Source: Massalongia carnosa
Taxonomy: Eukaryota
Direction: 5' to 3'
Length of the DNA: 64,000 nt
NCBI GenBank assembly: GCA_965645245.1
Contig: OZ287081.1
Location: forward strand, 1,178,001-1,242,000
The notes beneath the pieces were generated by a model. It saw nothing but the letters and a program-made list of their open reading frames with translations, made no database searches and was not told the origin of the DNA. Positions 35,173 to 48,655 of the stretch are shown here, piece by piece; positions within the stretch are counted from its first letter, which is position 1, and each line of letters opens with the position of its first letter. The position numbers were made by a program, and so were the translations under genes.

Positions 35173-36469
35173 CAAAATGGACAAATGATTTTCACCCGGA
35201 GAGTAACGAACGCCATCACCTGCATATGCTTTGTTGAACTCCATGATGCCAATTATTTAAACTCGAGTACTTTGTATTGGGACTTAGTTCTGCAGCCTCA
35301 TCCACACAGATGCCATCCCGGAGCTTCCGGCCGCGTCTAGAAGGGCGCCAGGAGACTACAAGCGCTGGTTACAACTTGCATGCATTCGATTAATAACCTG
35401 TCGGTGCGACAAGGCAAAGGCGACGGAGATTTGTGCGGCTAAGGCTCGAGATGTGGTGGCTTAGGCTTACAGGTTTGGGAACGAGGATGTTCTTGCGCAA
35501 CGTGGGATAAATTGTTTGCAAGATCGAGTCGCTTCTTTGTTTGTCCGATGGATCGGATATCTGGCTTGTACACCCGTACGGACGGGCCCGTACAGCATCT
35601 CCATCTCGATGTGTTGCGGCCACCACGTCCTGTCACGCTGCGACGGTCCATTGCCGCCTACTCTGCTGTCCGTCTTCTCCGGGGGGACCCTGGACTTTGG
35701 CTAAATATGGTTGGGGAGATGGGATGGCGGCGCATGATTTCACGGTCCTGGACGAGCACGGATGCGTGAGCAGCGAGCATTAATCCGTCTTGAACGAAGA
35801 AAACATCATATTTACAGAGTAGCAGCAGTGGGAACACTAGCGGGGGAGAAGGTGTTTGGTGGGGATCATAACTCCCGAATCCCGAATCACGATGATGAGC
35901 GAAAAACCTCGCTCCCTGTCAAGAAGACGGGGAGTAGCAACACCGTGCCACAAGCGGATGAAGTGGGGCGAACCATTGGGATGGTCTGAGAGCAGGACGA
36001 GATACCTGATTGGTAACTCTGTAATTTCTGGATGGACCGAGCATGATTCATACTTCTCGGTAAGTCGATAGTATGAGATGCTAAGGGTATTGTTCACAGC
36101 TTTGGGACCTTGTGTGGGTATGTATTGCCATTCATCTGGAGTCTGACCCAGGGATTCGGGTTCGAGCCCGACCAGTTGGTTGTAGCTTAACAACAATGTA
36201 TGTGGGATGGAAGGGATGGGGAAAAGGGGGAGCATGAATGGGGGGATGGATGCCATCCCGCCTCTACCGCACTAGATGAGGTTAAACCGCTAACCTCCCT
36301 ACATCCGTACCCTAGTTGGATGACCATCACCCTTGTTGCTCCGGCCATTTGGTATCACTAACTCTCTTACCCCGTGTTACAATTGTGGATTTTTTACTTC
36401 GTGCGAAGTATAGAGTATTCTGTACTCTGTGCAGAGGACCGTTTACCTATCTCGACCAAGCTCTGATAG

Positions 36470-36548
36470 CCACCCATCCACCCACCCACCCATCCACCCA
36501 CCCACCCATCCACCCATCCACCCATCTACCCATCCACCCATCCACCAA
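36470..36548. repeat. (CCAC/CCAT)n microsatellite
   Basis: Read directly. Confidence 0.85.
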
Positions 36549-38832
36549 CCCCCAACCCCCAACCCCTGAGGGAGGTACAGAGTACTTACGTACGGAAGTA
36601 CTCCGTCTAGAGTACTCTGTGTACAGGGTCATCTACATATTCCGTAAGTCCTTCCACCCGCCCCCCCGCACATACATCGTGTATTTAATCGGTACTCATC
36701 GGCCATCCCAGCATAGCGGAACTAGAACTATGTACGAGCGCCATGGCTGAAAAGCCGCCCTTGTAATGTTACACGGTTTGATGGATCAGAGTCAGACGAC
36801 CGGGAAAGATACCCGCTTATACATCTAAGATCCCAACCCTGCAGGGTGACACCATCCGCTATGGATCGGACGGAGAAGCAGCAAGGACGCAAGACTGATC
36901 GGCGCACAGCAAATGTTGCAGTTGAAGTAAATGGTAAATGGGAGACTCGGATATTTATGTTGTAGCTTCTCGTTGCAGTAGGTGTTCTGTACATCTGCGA
37001 CTCGTCTGCATCATCATTCTGTACCACCGGAACAAGGCAAACCCAGAGGCCTCCGGGCCTTATGCGACAGTAAGGAAGCTGGAGAGCCCATTAGCCGATG
37101 CTGGAGCTTGTCAACGCATGGGTGCAGGTATGCCGACCGACGAGATGGCATTATCTGGCTTGCTGGGACAGATGCATTCTACACGTTTTCGCGCCTACAT
37201 GCGTCTTGGTGCAGCGGCAAGGAGACCTAACAAGCAGCAGCTTGCTGAATTTGTTACTCGACCGTCATGGCAGGAGCCCAAGTAGTCGAATAATGATTCG
37301 ATCGAAGGCTTTTGGTCTGGGATCTCGGGGGGAGGGGGCATTTTCCCTCGTCACCAAGTCAAGGATGGCACGTGCAACGTTTGCGCAAGCTGGAACCTGA
37401 ACCCTGTGGGACCACCGACCCGTCTAGGGAAAGGAATGCTAAGATAAAGGGTTTTTAAGATGGATTACCGGGCGTATCGTAGGTAAACGGAGGACAAAGA
37501 CCAGAAACGTCGATAACTTTTTCATAATTGATTCATAATTGATCCATGACATGCTTAGGGTTACTCTGTGCATGGCAGAGGCAACCATCTCCCTCTTCTT
37601 GTTTCTCGCTTCACGTAGCAGGTGGCAGCGACGTAGAAAGTGCAAAGATTGGTAAGATAGCAGCAACAAAGTATGTATCGAAACAACACATTACCGGCAC
37701 GTAAGAGACACATAGGCAAATACCAAGGACTGCTCGCGAAAGTGGATACCGAGGCATGTATTTTGGTGTAGCGTGTAAAGCCCGTTGTTATTTTGCTTCG
37801 TTTGGTGCCGACTTTGAGGGTTGTTTTCTTGGTTCACCGCGGGTTCATCGCGCCAGGTCCAGGCTGTCGATGAACGGCTGACGGGGAAATGGCAAGCCAC
37901 TACTGCCCGTACCAGGCTATCCTCGGGGGTCACTCTAAGCAGTCCGTTGCTATTGGACACCCCCTCTATTGGGAATCCTCTAGCAGCCAGACGCTGGCTA
38001 GTGTTTCTTGGGAGTTTTGCTTTGGACCGCGCGGGCTGCATTTCATTTGTTACCAAACTTGGCCTGTCCTCCATCTCCCACGCACGCACAAACCGTGACG
38101 CCGTGATGACCGCACGCTTCCCGTGGTCCACCGTGGCAACAGGTGTGCAAGTCGCCCACGCCCACATCATCCGCAGCACCGTAGTAGGAGCGACTCGTCG
38201 CAGACGTCGCGGGCGTGGCGGCATGGCGGCATGGCGGCATTGCGGCGAGGGTCATTCATTGCCTTGCCTGTCATTTCGCACGCACGCTCGCACGCACATA
38301 CGCAAGCAAGCAAGCAAGCAAGCAAGCCAAGTAGCAGACAGCAAGTGGACCCGACATGCTGGGACAGGCTAACTTCCAGCTAGCAATGCTTAATATCCCT
38401 GTCCGCCGCAAATAATAATAAAACGGAAGAGAAAACTAGAGCAAAGCAGTCCCAGAGCCCCGAATGCCGTGCTCTGTAAATACCTACCTATGTCTTCACC
38501 CAAAACCCGTTTCTTTCTCTCTCATCCCCTCCTCCCCTCATCTAGACCCCTCCACGCTCGCCTCTTGCACCGATTCAAATCCCGCCTATCACCACCATAT
38601 GCGCACTCAACACTGATAAATTTCTCCCCCGTCTGCCCCATCTGATAAACCTGTCAATACTTGTCCCTGTCGATGCATGTTTTTTCCTTGTGTCTGTTAC
38701 TACCCTAATGCCCCTCATATCCTTTAGCGCCTATCTATCCTAATCCTGGTCCTGCTTTATGACACAATTGAGTCCATGAATGCCAGTGCTTCACAATAGG
38801 TGTATTTGAACTTGAAGCGACGTCGAGCACAA

Positions 38833-38884
38833 CCCCCCCCCCCCCCCCCCCCCCCGACCCCCCACCCCCTTCCCCTACCCCCCC
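38833..38884. repeat. C23 homopolymer plus C-rich tract just upstream of laeA
   Basis: 23 C at 38833-38855, then further C runs ending in CGCAG at 38888. Confidence 0.9.
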
Positions 38885-38920
38885 GCAGGCTTGTGAGTAA
38901 GTGGCCATTGCTGGTGGCCA

Positions 38921-40348
38921 ATGGTCGTAATGGCGACGAATGGGTGAGAAAGTTCTCTTTAGGTTCTGGCTTGTCTGTTCCAGCGTCGCTGACGTGTGCT
39001 GCATCGGACAGGACGGCTGTCCCAGCTCTCCCACCAAATCATATGGAGAATGGCAGGTTGTTTCATGGGTATCATAAAGGAATATACATGTACCCATGTG
39101 ACGAAGTATGTTTTAAGCTTTACCCCGAAGCCATGGTTCATAGCTGATTGAGCTTGGGAACACAGCAAGAGAAGGAGCGTATGGATATATTTCATACCCT
39201 GTTTTCCGTTGCACGCCGCGGTCAATTACACAGCACGCGCTTTATACCTAACTATGAGCCCCCGCGGATCTTAGATCTCGGTACGGGCACCGGGATTTGG
39301 GCAATTGACATGGCTGAGTGAGTGGACTTGCTGAAGGTATCGAGATAGGTGCTAACGGAAACGGTCGACTAGTCAGAATCCAGAGGCGGAGGTATTCTTC
39401 GCGAAGCTTCTCACTACACGAATCCACCGCTGACTGACGGACGACCTAGGTAGTCGGTATAGATTTGGTTAACATACAGCCCGAAAGGTCCGTAGCGATT
39501 TGCTCCTCGCGATGCTCATACCTCCATTAACGTAGTGTGCAGCATTCCGCCCAATCTTCGCTTTAGAATACCACGAGACTTTGAAAGTCCTTGGTTTCTG
39601 GGTGAGGATGCCTGGGACCTTATCCATCTCCGCATGGGTTCTGGAAGCATATCGAGTTGGCCCGAGATGTATCATAATGTCTTTCGGTAAGCTGTTCCAT
39701 AATATTCCGAACAAACCAAGTGGTGGAAACCTTAACATCCTACAGGCATCTAAAACCCGGATATGGCCATTTTGAGCAGGTCGAAATTGATCTGCGGCCT
39801 CGCTGCGATGACGGCACTCTTCCTTATCAGCCTGTTGGGCAATGGTATGAGTATTTGGAGGACGCCACAGAACGGGCCAATAGACCGATCAAATATCAAG
39901 ATAACACAAGGCAGCTTTTAGAGGCGCAAGGCTTTGTTGACATTCAGACCCAAGTCATCCAATTGCCTCTCAACCCTTGGCCTAACGACTCGCATCTTAA
40001 AGAAATCGGAAGATGGTACAATCTGGGTCTGACTGAGGGACTCGAGGCCATAAGCCTTGGTCCGCTGACAAGGGTCTTCCGTTGGCCACCAGACGACGTA
40101 AGGAGATTAGTGAACGATGTCAAGACTGCCATCTGTAAACAAAGGCATCATATCTATAATAATATGTAAGTAGCGCTAATCTGTTTCTTTCGAGCCATTG
40201 ATTTACGCATCCATCTCGAACCATTCATATTATACCGGGGTCTTTAAGGGGTGCCTCAAACACTTTGTATTCTATTTTCGGTGGACAGCAGAAGAAACTA
40301 ACATAAGGCAGGCACATTGTGACCGCTCGGAAACCTGGCCCAACGTAA
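38921..40348 (+). CDS. laeA: LaeA methyltransferase-domain regulator of secondary metabolism, 8 exons
   Basis: [81 protein letters not shown] and HIVTARKP. Seven GT-AG introns and a 19-nt exon. Confidence 0.9.
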
Positions 40349-41690
40349 CCCATAACGGGCGGTGTATTCCACCACTTCTATACGCATGAAACGCAGTATA
40401 TATTGCATACGTACTCGGGCGGCTCGACTCCAATTTGGCCTTCATTTACGACATTAGATCGATGAAGCAGAGGGGGAGTTGCCGTTGCCTTGTTTTGGCG
40501 CGCAAACGAGAGATACCCAGTAGTCTGATAGCCTCACATTTGGAGGTAATATTCCCGTACGATAGCTGAAAATTCGAATTCCTAGAAAACGATCCCAAAA
40601 TTCAGGTCAAGCAAACACGGGTGCCGAAAGGATTGGTTCACAGGAGCCAATCGGCACGCCGAATATCTTACCTGCCTTTGGACTGCGATTGGAAGAGCAC
40701 GAGCCGAAAGAGGTCTCTCCAGCTAGTGGCATTTAATGTATATCCTCACAGGAGGAGAGAAAAGGAGCGGTGTTATTGAAGTGTTTTCATCATGACCGTT
40801 ATGTTCTATGGATAATTTCATCGCAGAGCCAGCGAGCGTTTGCTTTCCCTTTGTCTCATTGGCATTGACTTTAACTCCTATTCGCTGCGCCCATCGCCTC
40901 TGCTGCTTGTTTGAAGTCGGAGATGTGGGGAAGTTTCTTATAGGAAGTCTACTGTAAGATAGCCATTCATGTAGCAAGGCTGGGCGGAGACCATTTTGTC
41001 GTTGGCCAAAAGAATCCTCTCAAGCGTTGGCGAACCTGCCTCTTTGACGATCAGTAAGCTCGAGTTGCCCGCTGAATGGGGTTGATGGCGCGTTTTCATT
41101 CGTGCAATTGTGACGGCAAAGCTCGAGTGCTTAGCGCCGCAAAGGGTGGAATACAGGGGAATTTTGAGAGAATCATGCCAGTCTGGAAGTAGGAGGCATA
41201 CTCCCCACATAAAGAGAATTATATCTTGGAACTGTAAAACACACTTCGCAGCCTGGGTTCATATATCATCTAGCACGGCGTTATTCGGCGTTAAATCAGA
41301 AGCTATCTCCGTCAGGACACCTGAATAACTCTTAGACCTTGCCCTAAGAATCTGCCCTAACTGAGCTAAGGCCCCTGCCCTGAGTCCCTCGCTTATATAC
41401 ATAACTACATGTAGTTAGTCTCGTAGAGTTTTGGTACATACTCTGTACAGTGTACTTTGGGTTCCGTATAGTTGACATTCTCAACAACCTACAAAGATCG
41501 TATACCACCATTTAATCATGTTTCTCCGACTGATACGAATGCGCTTATTAGTCTTTCTTCCTTGTTGGAAACTATTGTCCTATTTGCTGCGATAAGCTTA
41601 GAGATCGCTTTCGTCTAATCACCCACTACTCTAACCCCCTCGGCTCATCAGTATTACCGCATATCAGCACGCTTTGCTAGGGATCATAAG

Positions 41691-44263
41691 ATGGTGAGTA
41701 AGTCCCACACTCCCTAGAGTCGCTTCTTGTCCCTTTGGTATGCATAATATGCTAAGGCTCACAGCTCTGCGCCCGCAGATTCGAAGCTTCAGTCTTCCCA
41801 GGCGTGCCTTACGCTGCGTCTCTGTGTATTTGCCCCCACGCAATTTCATCACGCTGCACTACGCCTATTTTCTCGGGACATGTCTACTTGCAAGCGTTAT
41901 CATCTGGGGATCCGCTACGCCCCCCCGGAGTATCAGCTTCATTGATTCGCTCTTCTTCGCCATCAGCGCGATGACGCTGGCCGGCCTGAACACGGTTAAT
42001 TTGTCGGAATTGAATATCTTTCAGCAGTTTATCCTATTCCTTCTCATCATGCTTGGCTCGGCTATTTTCGTCTCACTGACCGTGGTGCATGTAAGGCGGA
42101 AAGCCTTCGAGCGAATGTTCAAAAGCATTGTCGAGGACCAGCGTCGTCAGCGAAAGGAACGCGGCGGAAGTAAACAATGGCTGCCTTTTCCAGCGTCTTC
42201 ACCGAAGAGATATCAAGCCGGGCATGAAGCTGAGGGTCCTGGTGTTGGGGAAAATGTCACCCAGCCAGCGGACCAAGCAAACAAGGAAACACCGCCCGTG
42301 GAATCAACGACTCCTAGGCTCCACTCGGTGGTAGATCAACGACGTTTATCTGTCGGGAACGAGAGTTTCGTGCATGGAAACTCCCAGGATCAAGGCGAAG
42401 AGGGTGGCGTTGCGGTCTCCAGTACCGCGAACGAGGACGAATCTATACCTGTGGACGATAGCGCGGCCCGGCGAATCACATTCACGGCTCCTATCTCACA
42501 TACCCGTGCACGCCAACACAGTCGTGTCTTTTCTATGCAAGGTGTTGGGGCTCGACAGGATGTCCTGAATTATCCTAGTCAAACCAGCCTTCGTATTTAT
42601 CCCATTGGTGCCGTGATGGAGCCACAAAAAAAGTCTGAGGCCCCTCATGGCTCTTTGGCCTCCTATGGTACAGGCTTCATTGGAAGAAACTCCCAGTTCA
42701 GCCATTTAACCGTTGCAGAACGAGAGCGGCTTGGAGGCGTGGAGTACCGAGCCCTTTCGTTTCTAGCTGTCATTGTACCCTTGTACTTCGTATTATGGCA
42801 GTTGCTTGGCTGTCTTGGTCTTGGGGCTTACATTGCAAGGAACAAACCAAAGACGACGGAAGAGAATGGTCTAAATCCATGGTATACAGGCCCAACTTAT
42901 CCACCTTATACTTCTTGGCTAATCTATTAGGTGGGTTGGTGCTTTCAATGCTATTTCTGCTTTTAATAATTCCGGCATGAGCCTTCTAGACGCCAACATG
43001 GTATGTGGTGAGGCTAACTCTTGGTTCGCGGAAGCTGACGAGGTTGAGAAGATTCCTTTTCAGTCATCATACTACATGTTAATCACCATGGGCCTTCTCA
43101 TTCTAGCCGGGAATACTTGGTGAGTTTTCAATCCAGAGCGAATGCGCGCTGTGCTGATTGATGTGAAAGTTATCCTATATTTCTGCGTCTCATATTATGG
43201 ACGATTTTTCAGTTGCTGCCAGATAACGAAACATTTCACGATCGTAGGATTGCACTCCGTTTTTTGCTGGATCATCCAAGAAGGTATACAAGTTTACTTT
43301 ATCCTCATTTTGAATTAGTTTCAAGGGGTGAAATATTTTGCGATGGCCATTCCCATGTTAATTTTCTATAGATGCTATACGACACTCTTTCCCTCGTCGC
43401 ATACATGGTGGCTGCTGGCAACGCTTGTCTGTCTAAACGGAACGGACTGGGCTGCTTTCGAAGTCCTGAACGTGAGTAGGACCTTTGCAGTTATCCGCCA
43501 CAGTAGACTCTTTCATAGCTAACTCCAAAAGATCGGGAACCCTACAATATCATCCCTGCCTGCTGGTGTCCGCACTATTGATGGCCTCTTCCAAGCGTTC
43601 GCTGTCCGCAGTGGAGGATTCTACGTGGTAGCCATCAGCGAATTGCGCATTGGGCTCCTAATCCTCTACGTCCTGATGATGTACATTTCTGTCTACCCCG
43701 TCGTCATCACGATGCGCAATAGCAATGTGTACGAAGAGCGCAGCCTGGGTATATACGCCGACGACCCGCAGGAGAAGTCCCTGGAAGCCAAACGCTCCTT
43801 CCTCGGCGGCCTGAAGCGCCGCATGACTGGCCGCGCCGGGGCCAGCGGCGTCCGCCCCGAATCCCGAAGCTATTTTGTGCGGCAGCAGCTGCGCGGCCAG
43901 TTGGCGCACGATTTGTGGTGGATCGTGCTAGCCGTGCTCTTCATCAACATCGTTGAGACGGGCCAGTTTGAGCGAGACCCCGTGGCCTACTCGGTCTTCA
44001 ACGTCATCTTCGAGGTCATCTCCGCCTACGGCTGCGTCGGCATCAGCGTTGGCTTGCCCGACGCCGCCTACAGCTTCTGCGGCGGTTGGCACACGCTGAG
44101 CAAGCTGATCCTGTGTGCTGTCATGATCCGCGGGCGTCATCGCGGCTTGCCGGTGGCCATCGATCGCGCGGTGCTGTTGCCTAGCGAACACTTAGCTGCT
44201 GCGGAAGAAGAGGACGCGCAGATCCGGCTGGAGAGGACATGGAGCCGGGGGCGCAGCGTATAG
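41691..44263 (+). CDS. Trk/HKT-family monovalent cation transporter
   Basis: NFITLHYAYF, SAMTLAGLN, LGGVEYRAL, SAFNNSGMSL, HPRRCYT, AVRSGGF, SAYGCVG and IRGRHRGLP. The frame is continuous across 6 introns. Confidence 0.92.
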
Positions 44264-44665
44264 ATTTATTTATTTTTTATAAATATTTTTCTTTCTTGAG
44301 ACCGGTTTTAGCTCTTGGGAGGGTTTGCTCTGGGGGCTCAGCTATCAACAATCCTAGCCAGCCTATATTGTTATAATTCCAATTTTAGGGGGGGGACCGT
44401 TCGTTTTCGCATAAGATGGCTTGTTTGGCAGGACAGAAGGGAGGGGTATTTTCCCCTGGGGCATCGGGGAAATTAATGGGAGGTAGGACTTTATATTCAT
44501 GGTGCGCGGGAGAGAACGTCTACGTACGTACATACATAGTGCAATTTAAGCCCGGTTTGACTTGATCTCCTCGATTACACCCATACCTATTCATCTCCCA
44601 AACCCCCCCCCCGGCCCGCCTCTTCACTCCAACCAACTTACCCCTCAATATTATTTTTCGCTCAT

Positions 44666-46516
44666 TCAGAACCCCAAGGTCGTTGCCGCGTGCGCCACCC
44701 AACCCGCCGTCGCCGTCGCGGTACCACCACCCGTCGTTGTCCTCTTCAACCGGCGCTCTCCGCTCAACTGCGACGATCCGACCGAAGGCGAGGGCGAGGG
44801 CGAGGGCGAGGGCAAGGGTTCAGAGGTCGAGCGGGCTGATTCTTCTTCCCCCTCCTCATCCTCTTCCTGCTGCTGGTGCTGCTGGTGCCAAATGGAGAGA
44901 TACTCGCGTAGGGAGAGCGTGGCGGTCTGGCCAACTGCCGGGTCGCTGTCTTGGACGCGCGCGTGTCGCGGGCGGGTGGAGGAGCCCCATTCGGCCCACG
45001 CCTCGGCGCGGCCGATCGGGCGGGTGCGCAAGCCATCGTTGGCGCCGTTCTCGCGGCCGCTGCCTTTGCGGTAGGCGGTCACGCGAGGCCAGGCGGCGAG
45101 GCGGACGAGCGGGAGCTCGTGATCGTCGCGGTAGGATTGCGCGTGTTCGAGGGCGCGGCGGTTGACGACGTGGGTGGTGGCGTGTTGGAGGGGTCGGTTG
45201 AGGGCGAGGGGCGAGAGGTGGTAGATGGTGGCGGGTTCGCGCCGAAGGTCGAGGGAGAGTTTGCCGGCGAGGAGGAGGATGTGGGAGAGGGATTAGTAGT
45301 AGAGGGGGGGTTGAGGGTTGGAGGAGGAGGAGTGGAGGGCCAGGAGGGGAGCGAGGAGGAGGGCTAACCGCGTTTGGATGTCGGAGAGGGTGCTGACAAA
45401 ATTTGGGGGGAGGGCACGGTTGTGAGCGGAGAGGAAACCGTCGATTGTGGAGGCCCGGACTTTTTGGCGGACAAAGCCTAGGGGGGGTTTTCGTGTTAGT
45501 GAATGGGTTCAGGAAAAGTATGAGAAATCTGAGAGAGATGGGTGGATGGGAGGATATGAACAGAGGAGAAGAAGATACCGTCTATTTTTGACATTTCCAG
45601 ATCTAATAATCGGAGGCTTCTTATTTGGTTTTCGCTGGCTCCGAACATCTCTTGCCCAAATACGTGCACTTCAATAGCTTTCCCCATAATCCCGTACACA
45701 AGCGTCGTAATCCGCTTAGAAAACACGTCTTCCCAGCTTTGGCTACCGCAGGAGGCGATGGTGTTTACGTATTCCATCAGCTCCGGTGTGTGCTCCGAAA
45801 TACGCATGAGATCGAGGGTGGTCACTAGTTGCGCTTGGTCCTGAGAGAAATACTTTTCTGACCATTTCCAGGCGGCACCCTTGAGGGTTCAATAGCGTTG
45901 TATGAATTCGACGTCGGTACGGGAGAGGATGGGCTGCGGGGCAAACAATCTCTCCACCTCTTTTTGGGTGATCGCAATGGGGGGTGGACCCTGGAAGATT
46001 TCGTAGGCTTCCTCAGCGTCCATGGAAGTTGGTGCGATCAGCTCTTCTTGGAGCTGTTTGTGCGGTGGGATTTTAACCTTATCATTAGATCCTACCGCCC
46101 GGTTCGACGGCGTTGATGACCTTATTGATGACTTTCTTGGACCGACAGGCATCGACGTGTCGTCTATAACGGTTAATCGGCCAATTTCTAATCGAAATCA
46201 GTGGTGAAACTAGGCTTACGAGATTTCATCTGGGCCCGATAGTAATCTTGAAATGGTGATTTGGGAACACTTTCGCCTTCAGAGTCTTTATGCTCAGTGT
46301 TATCCTTCTAGATTGCGTGCTATGAGGAGAAATTTTCAAACAGTTTGGCCACTTACGTCCTGTCTCTCCCCTTGAATTAGGCCGACCACTTCTGACTTTG
46401 CCTTCATCAGTAGTTTTAGCTGAAGTCCTGCCGTTTCGAGGATTCCTAGACTGCGACTTAGGTGCCGGTTCATCTTCAGAGCCATCTCTCACGAATCCGC
46501 GTTTGAGCGAAGCCAT
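44666..46516 (-). pseudogene. Conserved-looking fungal hypothetical gene with two in-frame stops
   Basis: A protein-like frame reads through TGA 45889-45891 (QRY*TLKGAAWKWSEKYF) and TAA 45293-45295 (PLYY*SLSHILLLAGKLSLDLRRE). Introns are present. Confidence 0.6.
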
Positions 46517-47297
46517 GAAGCTGATGACGGAGACGCTATGAGTTAGAGAGGTAAGGTGGGATGGTGTTTGACAGGATATTTTATATATCCATGGTGGCTT
46601 TTTTCCGATAATGCTCTAGAGATTTAGAGCAGCCGGAGAAACCGGAGAAACGAAAATCTGGAGGGAAAAATGATTATGATCGCTGCGGTGGTGCTTACAT
46701 GCAAAACTTTGTCCTTTGTGTGCCATATGGCCTGCTTTGGCCGCATGCGGAAGTGCTGCGACACTGAAGCAAAAGAGTGCATACATTGATATAATGAGCC
46801 ATTGAATAACTGACATGCTTTGAAAGTTACAATAGCTACATTCAAAGAAATGACAGAACAGACCCCCATTGGCCGTGGTTATTTTGCCCTTTAGATAGAC
46901 TTGTTGAAACTTTGCTCTATGTTATAGCTTCGATTTGCTGTTCACGACTTCTGGAATGTAGGCCAAAAAAGTGTCAGAAATCGCCCACAAATGGAATGCG
47001 AGACAGCGCCGAGAGCGGTTCATCCTCCTTACAGATATGCGCGGTACATTCAATCTCCACGTCTGTCTTCATGGGTAATTCCTTATGTTGCAAAATGGTG
47101 TGCCGAACTTTGAACCCCGAAACTGCGCGGTAAAAAAAAATATTAAGCGACAGAATTGGACCACACATCAGAATTTGGTGCAGTAGCTAATGGCCCTCCT
47201 CCCTTTCACACTACCTTTTGCAGTCTGTAGGATAAATGATATGTAGTGTTTTCATGTAGATCTTTATTCTTGCTACCTCGTAGTTTCAAAAGCAAAC

Positions 47298-48627
47298 ATG
47301 GGACGATCATTCAGCATCATCAAACGCCAGGCTATAAAGTTCAGACTGGAATCGGATGAAGATGCTACTGGTGTCAGCATTAGACAACTACGTAAGATGA
47401 GACATAATTGGGAACATTTTCAGTGAGGTTGCAAAACCTCAGCTTGCTACTGGCCGGCGCAAGAAAATGAATCAACAAATCGATCAACTACTCGTGTATC
47501 TGGATCAGAGACCTACCTCTTATTTGGACGAGATGTGCTGGTTTTTGTATGATGAATTCGACGTCTTGGTGAGCGAGTCTACGGTTTCTCGAACTCTTAA
47601 GCAGATGGCCTGGAATCGAAAGATGGCTATTCGTATAGCATAACAACGCAACCAATCTTTGCGTGATGAGAAGATGATTAGACTGGGAGGATGGAGGGCT
47701 GATCAGTTGATTTTCTGGACGAAAGCGCTACATGCGAGCATACTGGTCAGTACTATTTGAAGAACTTCAGTTTCTTTGCTAATTGTTATTACTTTAGGTG
47801 ATCGTCGATATGGATGGGCCGCACCAGGAATCAAACCGACCATGATTCAAGCGCTCAAACGTTCTAAGAGATGGAGTATATTACTAGCGTTCATCATCGA
47901 CGGTTTCATAGCTTGGGAGGTGCATCATGGCTCTATAATATCAGATATTCTGAATGAATTCGTCAGGCTCAAGGTTTTACCATACTGCGCTGGAGGTAAT
48001 GGTCCTCGTTCGATTTTGATTATGGATAATGCCTCTATACATTGGAGTGAGGAATTGAGGATCATGTGTCAGGATGCATATGTTTTGCTGGTTCATTTGC
48101 CTCCGTAATCACCCGATTTTAATCCAATAGAGACTTCATTCTCTATTCTTAAGGCCTGGATTAAACGTCACAGTAGTTTAATTGATTCATATATAGAGGA
48201 ATCTGGTGGATTTGGGAGATTTTTAGAAGATGCACTTGTTAGATGGTAAGGACTAACATCTAACATCCATCTAGTTATTAGATGGTAAGAACTGTTAGAG
48301 GGTAAGTGTTAGATGGTAAGAACTGTTAGACTACCATCATGGGCATCCGTCTAGTGCCTATCTTTGGTGACCCTACCACGGGGGCCGAAGTGACCTCTGG
48401 GGACCGAGAATCAGTGGACCAGCTGACTCCCTATGAAAGGGAGTCGCCGGAAAGTCTTCAATGTGACTGCTATATAATGAGTAGATAGCTCACATATAAT
48501 CCACACCTTCAATGACAATCATGCTATTATACCTACAAAGTGAAGCTATATTTTCATAGCACTACTGGCTATAAGTGAAGATGTTTCACATGATGCAGGT
48601 GCATTGTTTCGACAGTCTAGTATTTGA
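47298..48627 (+). pseudogene. IS630/Tc1-like DD34E transposase with an intron
   Basis: YLDEMCWFLYDEFDVLVSESTVSRTL, LDESA, HTG/DRRYGW (intron 47746-47797 with a GCTAAT branch site), IMDNASIH, SPDFNPIE and DAGALFRQSSI*. It carries stops, frameshifts and an LTR insertion. Confidence 0.9.
48237..48558. mobile_element. Solo LTR (322 bp) inside the transposase
   Basis: TGTTAG...TTCATA (terminal CA probably mutated to TA) with TSD GCACT at 48232-48236 and 48559-48563. Removal restores FLEDALLAISED. Internal TGTTAGATGGTAAG repeats. Confidence 0.8.
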
Positions 48628-48655
48628 ATAAAACTCATAAAAATCAATTTCCTCA

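Noticed and set aside
37691..38383. Overlapping 177/183-aa ORFs upstream of laeA
   Set aside because: GC-rich and open on both strands, with no protein-like motifs. Probably chance ORFs.
44562..45367. Plus-strand ORFs of 138-170 aa
   Set aside because: Antisense shadows of the GC-rich minus-strand gene.
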